Shown here: positions 1 through 12,707 of the stretch, one piece after another
Layout: each line of letters starts with the position of its first letter
Position numbering within the stretch: position 1 is the first letter of the stretch
NCBI RefSeq assembly: GCF_006345805.1
Contig: NC_042998.1
Coordinates: 96,100,001 to 96,164,000, forward strand
Reading direction: 5' to 3'
DNA from: Octopus sinensis
Taxonomy: Eukaryota
DNA length: 64,000 nucleotides
Translations under genes and position numbers: made by a program
The notes under the pieces: generated by a model
Told to the model about the DNA's origin: nothing
Databases searched by the model: none
What the model saw: the letters and a program-made list of their open reading frames with translations, nothing else

Positions 1-210
1 CCAACATCGCTTGACAACTGTGTTTACGTCCCCGTAAATTTGCTCTTTGGCAAAAGAGACCTATAGAATAAGTACTAGGTTACAAAGAATAAGTCCTGGG
101 GTCAATTTGCTCGACTAAAGGCGGTGCTCCAGCATGGCCACAATCAAATGGCTGAAACAATTAAAAGAGTAAAAGAGTAAAAGAGTATATATGCATATAT
201 ATATTTCTTT

Positions 211-432
211 ATTACCCACAAGGGGCTAAACATAGAGGGGACAAACAAGGACAGACAAAGGGATTAAGTCGATTACATCGACCCCAGTGGGTAACTGGTA
301 CTTAATTTATCGGCCCCGAAAGGATGAAAGGCAAAGTCGACCTCGGCGGAATTTGAACTCACAACGTAACGACAGACGAAATACCGCTAAGCATTTCGCC
401 CGGCGCGCTAACGTTTCTGCCAGCTCGCCGCC
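211..432 (-). mobile_element. tRNA-derived SINE family A (octopus OR-type; Meta/MESC-like core)
   Basis: Minus strand GGCGAGCTGGCAGAA..GAGTTCAAATTCCGCCGAGGTCGACTTTGCCTTTCATCCTTTCGGGG..AAATTAAGTACCAG; many further copies in the window. Confidence 0.9.
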
Positions 433-526
433 TATATATGCATATATAGGTACCGGACGCCACCAACTCTAAACAACATGAAATACGAAAATAAACGAGC
501 TAAATATGCAAACAACGTTGTTTGCG

Positions 527-598
<72 letters not shown>

Positions 599-1014
599 AT
601 ATTATATATACACATATATATTATTTATATTATTATATATATATAGATGAAGAGAGAGAAAGAGTTGTATATGTTTACATACGTATCACGTGACCGACCA
701 GCCTATAAGATGTTATTATACTTCACTTATGACTATGCACTTTTGCATTGTTTTTCCTTTCAAATGATGCCACCCTGCTGGCTAGGTGAACAGGCTAACA
801 ATCCCCCTGATCAAAGAGGGACTGGAACAATGTGCAACGAATTGTTTTGCTCAAGAACACAACACGCCACTCAATCAGGGCGATCGTGAGTGTAACAGCC
901 TAACCACTAGACCACGCGCCACACACACACACACACACGCACACACAACGCACACACAGATATATATATATATATGTGTTTTCTTGTATACATCTCTCTC
1001 TCTTTCTCTCTCTC

Positions 1015-1054
<40 letters not shown>

Positions 1055-1310
1055 CAATTGCAGCGTGGAAGGTGTTTATAAGCCATTTAAGAAACACATA
1101 AAAATCATTAGATTCACTTCAACATTTAAATTTAATTTGTCAAAATATTTTCGTCGCTTTGAGACCGCGACCTTTCAATGACAAGACTTCGTGCTGCACG
1201 AAGTTTTGTCAGTGAACAGGTCGCGGTCTCATATCTGTATATATCTGTGTGCAATTGTTTTCGTTCCACCACACGATCTCAGATCAAGTCAATCGCTATG
1301 CAAGTACATC

Positions 1311-1377
<67 letters not shown>

Positions 1378-1392
1378 TTATTATATAGAAGG

Positions 1393-1443
1393 AGCTTCTA
1401 CAGGACTAGAACTGTTTCATTCAAAAGAAATCATCAGGAAGCT
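1393..1443 (-). ncRNA. Type I hammerhead ribozyme (family 1, inverted copy)
   Basis: Exact reverse complement of 1822-1872. Confidence 0.8.
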
Positions 1444-1821
1444 AGTAGACAAGAGTTGTTTTGGCATTTATACATTTAGGCAGGTTTAAATGGGTGGTGG
1501 GGGGGACTTTTTTGGGGGTAGGCATGGCGCAAAACTGTCATTATTAGGGGAGTGGTCAAAGGAATCGGTGGTAAAGTAGATAAAAGAATAAATAAAAGAA
1601 TAAAAAAATAAATAGAAAAATAGAGTTTTAGGTAAGTAAGGAGACTCTCACTTGTACATCTACATATATATATATACACATATCTACACCCACATATTCA
1701 CATATATCTATACATATACATACATACCCACATATACATACATATATATATATGCATACATACATATATATATATATGCATACATACACATACACATATG
1801 CCAAAACAACTCTTGTCTACT

Positions 1822-1872
1822 AGCTTCCTGATGATTTCTTTTGAATGAAACAGTTCTAGTCCTGTAGAAGCT
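1822..1872 (+). ncRNA. Type I hammerhead ribozyme (family 1)
   Basis: AGCTTC(1822-27) CTGATGA(1828-34) T-TTC-TTTT-GAA-T GAAA(1847-50) CAG-ttctagtc-CTG TA(1865-66) GAAGCT. Stems I and III pair cleanly with a GUA triplet; stem II is closed by a non-canonical U-U. Confidence 0.8.
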
Positions 1873-1954
1873 CCTTCTATATAATAAATTAATTTACTCT
1901 GCTATGTATTGAGTACCTTATTTACTGTGGTTAACCCCGACTCAACCCGGGACC

Positions 1955-1992
<38 letters not shown>

Positions 1993-2196
1993 AAATAGAA
2001 AGATGAATAATCTTGTAGTAGATTAATCAAAAGTTTAACCGATACCTTAGTAGCAAAAATCACAGCAGTAAACAGCACGGTTGGAGATACAACCATATGG
2101 TGTTGCAACCGTGCGTTGGTGCGGATAATTGAAATTAAAACATTATTGGTGAATTGAAGAAATGGAGCTGAACGCAGATTGAACAGAAATCGTTTT

Positions 2197-2288
2197 ATTT
2201 CATTCTACACGTGTTTCGAAAGGCACAAATTACCAAAATCCGATTGAATAATGGGACCATATTGTGTCTTTCTCTTCAGGAAGAAAAT
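2197..2288 (-). ncRNA. Type I hammerhead ribozyme (family 2, minus copy)
   Basis: Reverse complement of 3381-3471 with one extra base on the loop side of stem II. Confidence 0.85.
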
Positions 2289-3380
2289 AGGAAATCCGTT
2301 GGAAAAACAAAAACAGAACAGAGGCGGAGCAAAAACAAATCGAACTATGCTCCTAAGAGCCCATGGCGAAACTGTTTATCAGTGTATGTTGAGAACCGGT
2401 GGCTGAAGAATTCAACGGGTCAGGCATCGGTCAATCATGTGGGTGAGGGTGTGTAGATGTTCTTTGTGACCGAGAATAAAGTTCTGACTATTTAAGGAAT
2501 ATTGGATGTTTTATAAGGGGCGAGAAAAAATCTACTTAGAGACGTGTGTGTGTGTATACTGTTCTATATATGTGTGTGTTGGTAGGTGTAGAAAACATTT
2601 TTTGTGTACGTGTGTGCGTTTGATCGTTCGGCTGTCAGTGGCTACTGCCGTGAGAACCGTTGGGTGGCAGAAAAAAAAATATATTATGTTTTATGTGTGT
2701 GTGTGTTCATCTAAGCCTGCCTTGTCAGGAAACCCCCCGCTGTGAAAAAACCAAGCCCCGTTTGTCTTACAGGAGTAATTCCCCTTGCAGTGGTTAATCG
2801 TAGATATCTTAAAGGATATTTCAGAATTTGTTACCAAGGGCTATGGGTGCCGGTATTATTTATAAACGCTATTTAAAAGCCAGATAAGTGTAACGCCGCC
2901 AATGGGGGCATCGAAAAGCCGACTGTAAAAGCCCGTTGACAAGGCAGGCTTAGATGAACACACACACACATAAAACATAATATATATATTTTTTTTCTAC
3001 CACCCAACGGTTCTCACGGCAGTAGCCACTGACAGCCGAACGATCAAACGCACACACGTACACAAAAAATGTTTTCTACCCCTACGCCAACACACACATA
3101 TATAGAACAGTATACACACACACACGTCTCTAAGTAGATTTTTTCTCGCCCCTTATAAAACATCCAATATTCCTTAAATAGTCAGAACTTTATTCTCGGT
3201 CACAAAGAACATCTACACACCCTCACCCACATGATTGACCGATGCCTGACCCGTTGAATTCTTCAGCCACCGGTTCTCAACATACACTGATAAACAGTTT
3301 CGCCATGGGCTCTTAGGAGCATAGTTCGATTTGTTTTTGCTCCGCCTCTGTTCTGTTTTTGTTTTTCCAACGGATTTCCT

Positions 3381-3471
3381 ATTTTCTTCCTGAAGAGAAA
3401 GACACAATATGGTCCCATTATTCAATCGGATTTTGGTAATTGTGCCTTTCGAAACACGTGTAGAATGAAAT
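3381..3471 (+). ncRNA. Type I hammerhead ribozyme (family 2)
   Basis: ATTTTCTTC CTGAAGA(3390-96) GAAAG-A-CACAAT...ATTGTG-C-CTTTC GAAA(3451-54) CACGTG TA GAATGAAAT. Long stem II; palindromic stem III ACACGTGT. Confidence 0.85.
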
Positions 3472-5857
3472 AAAACGATTTCTGTTCAATCTGCGTTCAG
3501 CTCCATTTCTTCAATTCACCAATAATGTTATATATATATATAATCTATATATATATATATATATAGGTAAACAGTAAAAATAATTACAGACATGGACAAG
3601 AACATGAAACACCACAGAGACGACACAAGAACCACAGGACGGGACATTCGAAGCCCTCAGTCATCAGTCAAGAACCAGATCATCTTAGCAATTTCGTATG
3701 TATGTATGTATGTATGTATGTATGTATGTATGTATGTATGTATGTATGTATGTATGTATGTATATATAGTGCAGGGGCTAGTATATACGAAGACATTTAC
3801 ACACAAAACCTAATATATAAACAGTGTCATCGACGCAGGAGGAATCAGCCAATCATCTGACGATCGTTTAGGTTTTCATCAACTACCCTAAGCTTCAGGT
3901 CGGAAAATATCTCTTGTAGCACTTCTATTTGCTCTCCACAATTGTTCGTTTGAAATCCGAGCTGCTGACTAAAACGTTTATTAGGTTAGAATACTGAGCA
4001 AATGATAAAAATAAAAAAAATTAAAAAAAAGCGAGGGAGGTAAATAAATACAACACAAGTAAATTCTATACTATAGCAAACATCACTTTACAAGATAAAT
4101 ATTATCTTATTTGACATTTTACCCCTACGATGGAAATAAATATGTTAAGTATGACCCTTTTATTTAGAGAACAGGTGCTAATAATCTCGATATGTGTGTT
4201 AGCGCAGTCGGTTCTTAAAGTGACAAGTATTAGCGCCCTCTCCTAGCAAATGTAAAAAGAAAACGAAAGGAAAATATTAAAAAAAAGTTTTGCTCCTTTC
4301 CTTCTTATCTCTTTACTAATGAGAAAACAGTCATAGTTTATATTCAAATATTTCTTTCTTGCTTCGCGAGGGTTTTGGACAAGTTTAACATGCTTTAAGC
4401 CCTCTTATTTATTATTAGACATGGCAGTACGTCTGCCTCCATATCAAACCTCACGGCTTCTGGATCTTTTTAAAATTCTTCCAGCCACTAGAAGTATTTA
4501 AAATTTTCACTAGATTTATTTTCAAACTTTCCACACCGATGTAGTTTTACATGACAATGAAGAAAATCACCCATTTTTTCTAGAAAAAAATCATATAAAA
4601 TTCACACACATTTAAAAATTATGCATTTTTTTTTAGCAAATCGAAAGCCCCCATTGTCGACATTCCAGAAGACGCTGCCATGGAAACAAACACATATAAC
4701 GAAGACGAATATTTACGCGGTTTTTTGATTTACTAGAAATAGCTACCAAAACTTTCTTAAACCGAATTCTAAACGTCTAAAAACAGAAGGAACAAAATAT
4801 TATGCCATAGCACCGTTTCATTCCTCGCCTGAGGCAGGCCCAAGTGGTTTTCACTGGTAGAGTATTACTAAAAACATTTGAATCAAAATCAATCCCCACG
4901 GATATTAATCTTTTATCGAACTCACGACACTTAAGACACTTAGTCCCCCACCAGATTGATATTAATTGTATTTGCTCTTTTCATATGATAAAATCACAAA
5001 GTTTAATGGCAAAAGGTGGCGGCATTGGAGGAGAAGGAATAGGTTACCGATGTTGTTGTATGATGTGTCGGTGACAATAAAACAAAGTGATTTGTGAGAA
5101 CCAGAAGACTGAGAAACAATCATATGTTACCGCATAGGTTAGTTATTGGTCAACCAACACTATATTAGTCCAACGCTACATTGACGATGGAGGCAGACAC
5201 TGCAGTCAATGAATATGGTAGAGCTATTTTCTACACAAAGCAACTTAACAGAGATCAGACAAAAATACTTTGAATGTTCCCCATGTTCCTTTCTTTGTGG
5301 CCGATGTTTGCAGTCTTTGATATTGTTGATTTCTCAGGAGCTGTTTATTATTATTATTATTCTTGCTTTCATTATTTTTATTATTGTGGTTACTAATATC
5401 TCAATTATTTGGCGCATTGATAACACTGTAGCGGAATCGGTGAGTTGCTTCAAGCTTTTATAGTACAAGAGATAAAAGGAAAAAAAAAAAAAAGATCAAA
5501 GACAATTTTTTTTCTTCAAATAACAAACATTCCTTTACTTCGCTTTCAATCGATGAAATTTAAAGTTTCTCTTCACCTTAAAACTAATCCTATTAGTTCC
5601 TTTTTATTTACCTCAAATCACCTTAAATCACCTAGCAAATAATTAGAGAAAACGCCCAAGATGTACTTTAAGAGACCCTGTGAATGCATCTCATGATAAA
5701 TGCAGTAGGTTATTTTCCAATAAATCGATACACGACAAGAAATTATGTTAAATCGATAACACAGTGAACTATATTCCATTTAGAAATAAGTTCTTCATCA
5801 TACCCAACACCCTCCCTCATAACTCAGTTCCATTTTTTAAACTCATATTCTGTTAAT

Positions 5858-6545
<688 letters not shown>

Positions 6546-6559
6546 ATATAGTCGCTGTG

Positions 6560-6851
6560 TGGAGGCACATGGCCTTGTGGTCAGAGCAGCGGACTCGCGG
6601 TCGAGGGATCGCGGGTTCGAATCTCAGACCGGGCGATGTGTGTGTTTATGAGTGAAACACCTAAGCTCCACGCGGCTCTGGCAGAAGGTAATGGCGAACT
6701 TCTGCTGACTCTTTCGCCACAACTTTCTCTCGCTCTTTCCTCCTGCATCTTGCGACGGACCGGCGTCCCGTCCAGGTGGGGAACCTATACGCCAAGGAAA
6801 CCGGGAAACCGACCCTTATGAGTCAGGCGTGGCTGGAGAAGGAACAAAAAC
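6560..6851 (+). mobile_element. Full-length tRNA-derived SINE with V-domain-like core and 12-bp target duplication
   Basis: A box TGGCCTTGTGG (6570-80), B box GGTTCGAATCT (6614-24), TGCGACGGACCGGCGTCCCGTCCAGG (6751-76); ATAGTCGCTGTG at 6548-59 and 6852-63. Confidence 0.9.
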
Positions 6852-7138
6852 ATAGTCGCTGTGCTTACTGTCATTGTCCATCATAAGGTTGTTAGCAATT
6901 CTGAAGTAGTCACTCTGATGAAATCTAAGAACATTGAGAAAACAAATTGGAACGTAGTGACGCACGAGTTTCCTGTCGGTATTGACTACTTTATAGAAAT
7001 GTTTTCTGTAGTACACCAAGCTAGCGACATAACTAAGGTATTGATGATTCGATTATTTGTTATTGATCAAGAATAAAGTGTTAGAGTTTAAAAACAAACA
7101 AAAAGATCTTGAAGACTTTTAAGACTGGTAAAGAAGCT

Positions 7139-7170
<32 letters not shown>

Positions 7171-7206
7171 TGCTGTTGTTGTTGTTGTTGTTGTTGCTGC
7201 TGCTGC

Positions 7207-7248
<42 letters not shown>

Positions 7249-9847
7249 GTTCTTTCAATTTTGTTTCCATTTCTTGCCGAGTGCTTTCCTATCGCCTACG
7301 GTAAAGAAACTTAATGGTATACATTGATAGGCCTTTAAAATAAACGCACCAGATTGTTCATTCACAAAGTCATGGGATAGGAAAAAAAGTGAGTTCCAGG
7401 AGCTGACCAGGAATGTGAACGGTCTTTTCTTCCGGTCCTAGGAAGAAAGTGAAGAGGAGGTGGAGGAGGAGTGTGTGAGCAGAAATAATAACAGCAAACA
7501 GCATCGATCCCAGTTTCACGAGAAAACAGAAAATCTGTCTCGTCCTCGGTGCCAAATACTGACAAACAGGCGAACTTCTCTCTCCAATCAGTAGCACCTT
7601 CTTATTACTTTGAGAGATTAGTGATCTAAATGGAAGCCAAAAAGAATTGAAAGTTACCAGAGAAAAGGAGATAAAGAAACCAAAATATAAAAAAAGAGGC
7701 CGACCTTCAGGCGATTCGAACGCAAGAAAAGAATGATAAAGAAAAAAGAATCAAACTGACCGTCGTTTGATAAACGAAGCCAAAGTTTCCTTGACTTGAA
7801 GAATGAGAGAATGCGATGAGCAACGAAGGAGGGAACAATTTTGCTGGTAAGAAGGAAATAGGGACAGAATGCGGGAAACAACCAGAAGATAGACACTGAA
7901 AATATCCCCAAAAGTTTATTACATATTAAAAGTGGAATACCTGTAGAACATAGGATTTTTTTGCGTGTTTCGTCCCACCCCAAAGATATCAACGAGCACT
8001 TTTGAGCAGACCCTTTTTCAGTGCGACCAATGGCAAGCGGACAGAGATAATATGACGGTTTTCTAATCCGATCTAAACACGCAATTTTCACTTGTGTGTG
8101 GATGGGCAAACCTTAATGTTTTATCTTTTATCTTGTATTTGCTTCAGTCATTGAGCTGCGGCCATACTGGGGCACTGCCTTGAAGAGTTTTCGTCGAAAG
8201 ATTCGACCCAAGTAGTTATTATTTTAAGTCTAGTATTTATTCTATCGATTTCTCTCGCCGAGCCGCTAAGTTACGGAGGCATAAACAGACCGACACCTGT
8301 TGTCATGTGGTAGTGGAAGATAAACACAAAGACATACATACATACATACATACATACATACATACATACATACATACATACATACATACATACATACATA
8401 CATACATAGATATGTATTTCACCTTCGATCTCACAAAGCTTTGGTCGACCTGGGCTATAGTAGAAGACACTAGCCCGTGTGTCACACAATGGGACTGGAC
8501 TCGAAACCATATCGTTAGGAAGCAAACTTCTTGCCACACAGCCTCTCCTATGTACTTGTTTTAAAACAATATTTTGCTTTATTTATCATTCTTTCCATAT
8601 CGTTATTAATACATATTGTTGAGCTGGCTGAATCGTTAGAGCGTCGGATAAAGTGCCTTAGGATATTTCATCCGATTCATTACATTTTGAGCTCAAATTC
8701 CGCTGGAGTCAAATTTGCCTTTCATTCCTTCAGGGTCAATTAAATGAAATACCAGTCAAGAAGTGAAGTCGATGGTATCTAACCCCTTCCACTTAGAACC
8801 AATGGCTTTGTGCCAAGATCTGAGACCATTTTTACCCCAGATTTTTTTAAATAGCTGCGTAATAAAAGTTATATGAACCCCCTTCTCCGTTTTTGCATAC
8901 CTTTATTTTTTCATCGATCTGTTCAACTAAACACTTTTGTACTCTACCTAGTTTTGTAATACGTCATATAATTGTACGTAGGAATAAAATGGCAGAAAGT
9001 GACTGCCATAGTTTAGAAATAAATTTTGAAATTGGTTACAGTAATTTTAGTTCCGTTTGGGCAATAAATTTACTTCTAGAAAAGGCTACATTATTTAGAA
9101 CTGATTTTCCTATTTTCTCTAAAATCTGAAGTATTTGCAGCTGTGTAAAAAAATTATTACTACAATGGACGAATAGTCAAGAGCAAGCGTGAGCTACAGG
9201 GCGGGTTTAGTTCCGAAACGTGCTTCTAATTGGCTTAGCGGAAGACAAGCTTTTTCACTTTGGTCACTATAGCCTTTTGAAAAAAGCATGACTACTACAT
9301 ATTTAATTTCCCGTCTGTAAAATACATGGCTTTATGTTTAAGTTAGAAATCAATGTACTGAAATAACAAGAATGAATATTTCGACTGTAATTTTCAACGA
9401 CTGAAATATTGTTATTATATTCTAGCATAGCAACAAATAACTATGGCTCTTTTGTCAGGTAGACGTTTTGTAAACACGTGTCTCTATAACCAACTGGTGA
9501 CGTTCATACCAAATAATCATTAGTTTTATTCAATGTAGTCATAGCAAAAGTGTTTTTATATTTTATTGGTTTCCGATGATTTTTATCTATGACTCTCCGT
9601 TTATTCTACATATTCAACCAAAAATGCAACGACATATTTTGCATGTAAACATACAAAATATGCATACATATGCACACGGAACAATACAATATACAATTTT
9701 ATTTTGCCTGTCTGTATGTATGTCTGTCTGTTATATGGGACAATAGCATGATGTTATCTGATCTGAATTTTGCAGAGGTCGATGAAATAAGTTCTGATCA
9801 TGTATTGAGGTCGATTAGATAAACAGTGACGTGTCCCATTTATTGTA

Positions 9848-10222
9848 AAACTAGCAGTATCGCCCGGCGTTGCTCGGGTTTGTAAGGGAAATAACTATAA
9901 AGCATTTTTAGAGAGTTATAGCCAAAAAATGGAAAAAAAATGATGGTAAATTTTTTTTTGTTAAAAAGGTCGAGTTGCGTCCGCTAGACTGTCTGTGGTT
10001 TGTGTTTCTGATTCTCGACCCCATGTCGAATTTATCGATTTTTTTTCAGAACTGGGGGAACTTTTCAAAATTTTCGCTGCGTTAGTTTTGAATTATGACA
10101 TTGGGCTATGTGTGTGTCAAGTTTCATCAGAATCGGTTGAAAGCCGTGGTCAGGGTGAGGGTACAACCTAACAGACACACAGAAACACACACAGACAAAC
10201 TGCCGTTTATATATAGAGAGAT
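9848..10222 (+). mobile_element. Helitron/Helentron-associated non-autonomous element (DINE-1/Lep1-like)
   Basis: 5' ACTAGCAGTATCGCCCGGCGTTGCTCGGG hairpin, AAGTTTCATCAGAATCGGTT block, (ACAG/AC)n and TTTATATATAGAGAGAT end; architecture recognised from memory. Confidence 0.5.
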
Positions 10223-10237
10223 ATAAAGCAGCTGTTC

Positions 10238-10281
<44 letters not shown>

Positions 10282-10344
10282 CGTATACACACACACACAC
10301 ACACATAAACATATGCATACACACACACACAGACACACAGACGT

Positions 10345-10377
<33 letters not shown>

Positions 10378-10485
10378 CAAATATGTATGTGTTTGTGTAT
10401 ATATGAATGAACCTCTGTATATATGCATATTTATGTGTTATGGGTATGTATACGTGTATGCCAGCGCGCGTGTGTGCATGTGTGT

Positions 10486-10551
<66 letters not shown>

Positions 10552-10835
10552 TGTGTGTGCTATTTTAAACTGAATAGCGATCCATACTGAAATGAATTGT
10601 TTACAAACACGTACAAACTTTATCAAGGTCAAAATAGAAAAAATCGGCTTTAATACAAAAATTGTGCAAAAACCAAGAAATTTGAATGTCAAGACAGTAT
10701 AAAGGTCAAAATAAACAACGAAAACTTTGAAAGTGAACCCTATTTCAGAGATTCACATACGGTAGAGGACTATAAGGATTGAAAATATGACAGTGCACAC
10801 AGAACACTACCGTTAATTGTATTCCGCCAGCGACC

Positions 10836-11262
10836 AGCTGGCAAGATCGTTAGTACACCGAACTAAATGCTCAGTGGCATATTTTTCGGCTTTACGTTCT
10901 GAGTTCAAATTCCGCAGAGTACGGTGCCTTTCCTATCTTTCGCGGGGTCGTTAAATTAAGTACCAGATAAGCATTGATGTCGATGTAATCGACTAGCCCC
11001 TTTCTCCAAAATTTTACGCTTTGTGCCTATAATTGAAATAATTGATATTGGTTTCACATTTTGAGACTTGGTCAGCAATTTGGGGGTGGGTGGATAAGTC
11101 GATTACACCGATCCCATTGATCAACTGATATTTATTTTATCAACCACGAAAGGATGAAAATTAAAGTAGACCTCGGCGGAATTTGAACTCAGAACGTAAA
11201 TTCGGACGAAATGCTGCTAAGCATTTGCCCGACTTGTTAACGATTCTGCCAGCTAATCGCCT
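10836..11262. mobile_element. Two family A SINEs in inverted (+ then -) arrangement
   Basis: Plus copy about 10836-11045, minus copy about 11046-11262. Confidence 0.8.
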
Positions 11263-11410
11263 CACAAAGAATTAATATTAAGTTTTAATTATTAACGACG
11301 GAAGCAATATTTATACCAAAAAGTATTCTTTATATCCAACTTAACATAGATGCGTTGTTAGAACACTGAATACTACATCATTAGCCCTGAAAGATCCTCT
11401 CATATATGCA

Positions 11411-11555
11411 CTTGGTGTTTAAAAGCACACACATAGATCGTAGCAGACGAGAATTCTACCATAGGCGCCAGAATTCCCATATCACGTGATTTCATTCTGG
11501 GAACTCCGCGCCTATGACATGATTCTCGTCTATGTGTGTGCTTTTATGCACCAAG
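11411..11555. repeat. 145-bp imperfect fold-back (MITE-like hairpin)
   Basis: Nested pairs CTTGGTG/CACCAAG, AAAAGCACACACATAG/CTATGTGTGTGCTTTT, AGACGAGAAT/ATTCTCGTCT, CATAGGCGC/GCGCCTATG. Confidence 0.8.
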
Positions 11556-12221
11556 CGCCTGTACGAGAGGATCACTCAAGGCTCAAAACGTAGTATTCAG
11601 TGATCTAGAACAAGACATCCATGTTACGTTGGTTTTAACAATTATCTTTTAATATTGTTTAAAAATAAACACTGGGGTCGATCTGTTCAACTAAACCTTT
11701 TCAAGGTGGTGCACCAGCATGGCCACACTTCAAATACTGAAACAAGTTAAAGGTGTAAATAGAAAAAAAAAACTAGATTTGCAGTTTACAGTTCAATATA
11801 CCTGTCCATTGTTCTCTCTGACAGGAAACATGGCAGGTTATTTTTTTTTAAATCGATGATGGAAAAAGCCTGAATGCATTTCATAATGCATTATCATAAA
11901 TGTGCAGTATCATAAATGTGACATATGGGGATCAAATCATCAATGTGGAAATACTCAGGAGAACAGAACAGTGGGAACAGTGGCAATGTTGAGAGCTAAA
12001 AATCCTAAGGTGATTTGATAGTGGTTTGAGAATGAGCAAGGGAAATATACCGAAAAGGGGTGTTGGAATGGAAGCCTCGTTGTGGTTAACGAGAGTGGGC
12101 GAGCCTTAGCTACATGGCAAGGAGAATAATAAGAAACGACATCAGGCTTAATGCAAAATAGATGGCAACCTAGGAGAGATATAAACCAATGTGCAGTACG
12201 GCACGAGACGAACTAAAGTGA

Positions 12222-12253
<32 letters not shown>

Positions 12254-12274
12254 TCTATCTAAAGAAATATAACA

Positions 12275-12608
12275 TGTGACTTCATTGACCGAGGTTACCG
12301 TGGTCTTTTCCGTAGGCTTTTCTTTCCACGGGTAAACCTCACCTGTCCTCCCCTTTACACTTCATATTGACATTTCTGTGATTACGATACCTATTGATCA
12401 ACTTTTTTCCTCTCCTCTTTTCTTTTTTTTTCTTTTTTCCCTCTCCCCCCTTTTTTTTTAAATCCTCCCCTTTTTTTGTCCTCTTTCTTTCCTTTTACGA
12501 TCCTTTTTGATCGAAAACCTACCTCCTTTTTTTTTACCCCCAAAAGAAAAGCTCTACCTTGTAATTTGTTCTGTCTGTGTGCAGCCCTGTGTGGCTAATA
12601 AAGAAACA
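12275..12608 (+). mobile_element. LINE-like 3'UTR (probably Tx1-type) inserted in (TATC)n
   Basis: Ends CAGCCCTGTGTGGCTAATAAAGAAAC then (TATC)n; (TCTA)n just upstream; same end at 49690-49846. Confidence 0.55.

Positions 12609-12707
<99 letters not shown>

Larger units (their letters stand above)
1376..1957. mobile_element. Non-coding Penelope-like (PLE) element, family 1: inverted pseudo-LTR pair in a (TA)n array
   Basis: Perfect 92-bp inverted repeat (1376-1467 / 1798-1889), each arm holding a hammerhead fold; 68-bp tail at 1890-1957 also seen at 38797-38865; (TA)n on both sides. Confidence 0.8.
1990..3529 (-). mobile_element. PLE family 2, 5'-truncated: endonuclease C-terminus, 3'UTR/pLTR and inverted pLTR
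   Basis: About 590-bp inverted arms (2139-2727 / 2937-3529); minus strand 2937-2869 encodes NGLLQSAFRCPHWRRYTYLAFK*, matching the EN tail at 52.3 kb; 149-bp tail at 1990-2138; (TA)n flanks. Confidence 0.9.

Noticed and set aside
2211-2456. Recurring MFRKAQ..LCLSLQEE ORF (also 3213, 50789, 52724)
   Set aside because: It is the antisense reading of the hammerhead/pLTR; frames differ between subfamilies, so it is not conserved as protein.
3560-3700. Minus-strand CTGATGA..GAAT motif in a repeat next to the family 2 element
   Set aside because: GAAA box absent and stem II not formable.
6560-6640. tRNA gene
   Set aside because: A and B boxes belong to a SINE head; no acceptor stem, and a SINE body and TSD follow.
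7350-8110. Purine-rich coding-looking stretch and 151-aa minus ORF
   Set aside because: Stops in all plus frames and no recognisable motif; may be a decayed retroelement ORF but cannot be assigned.
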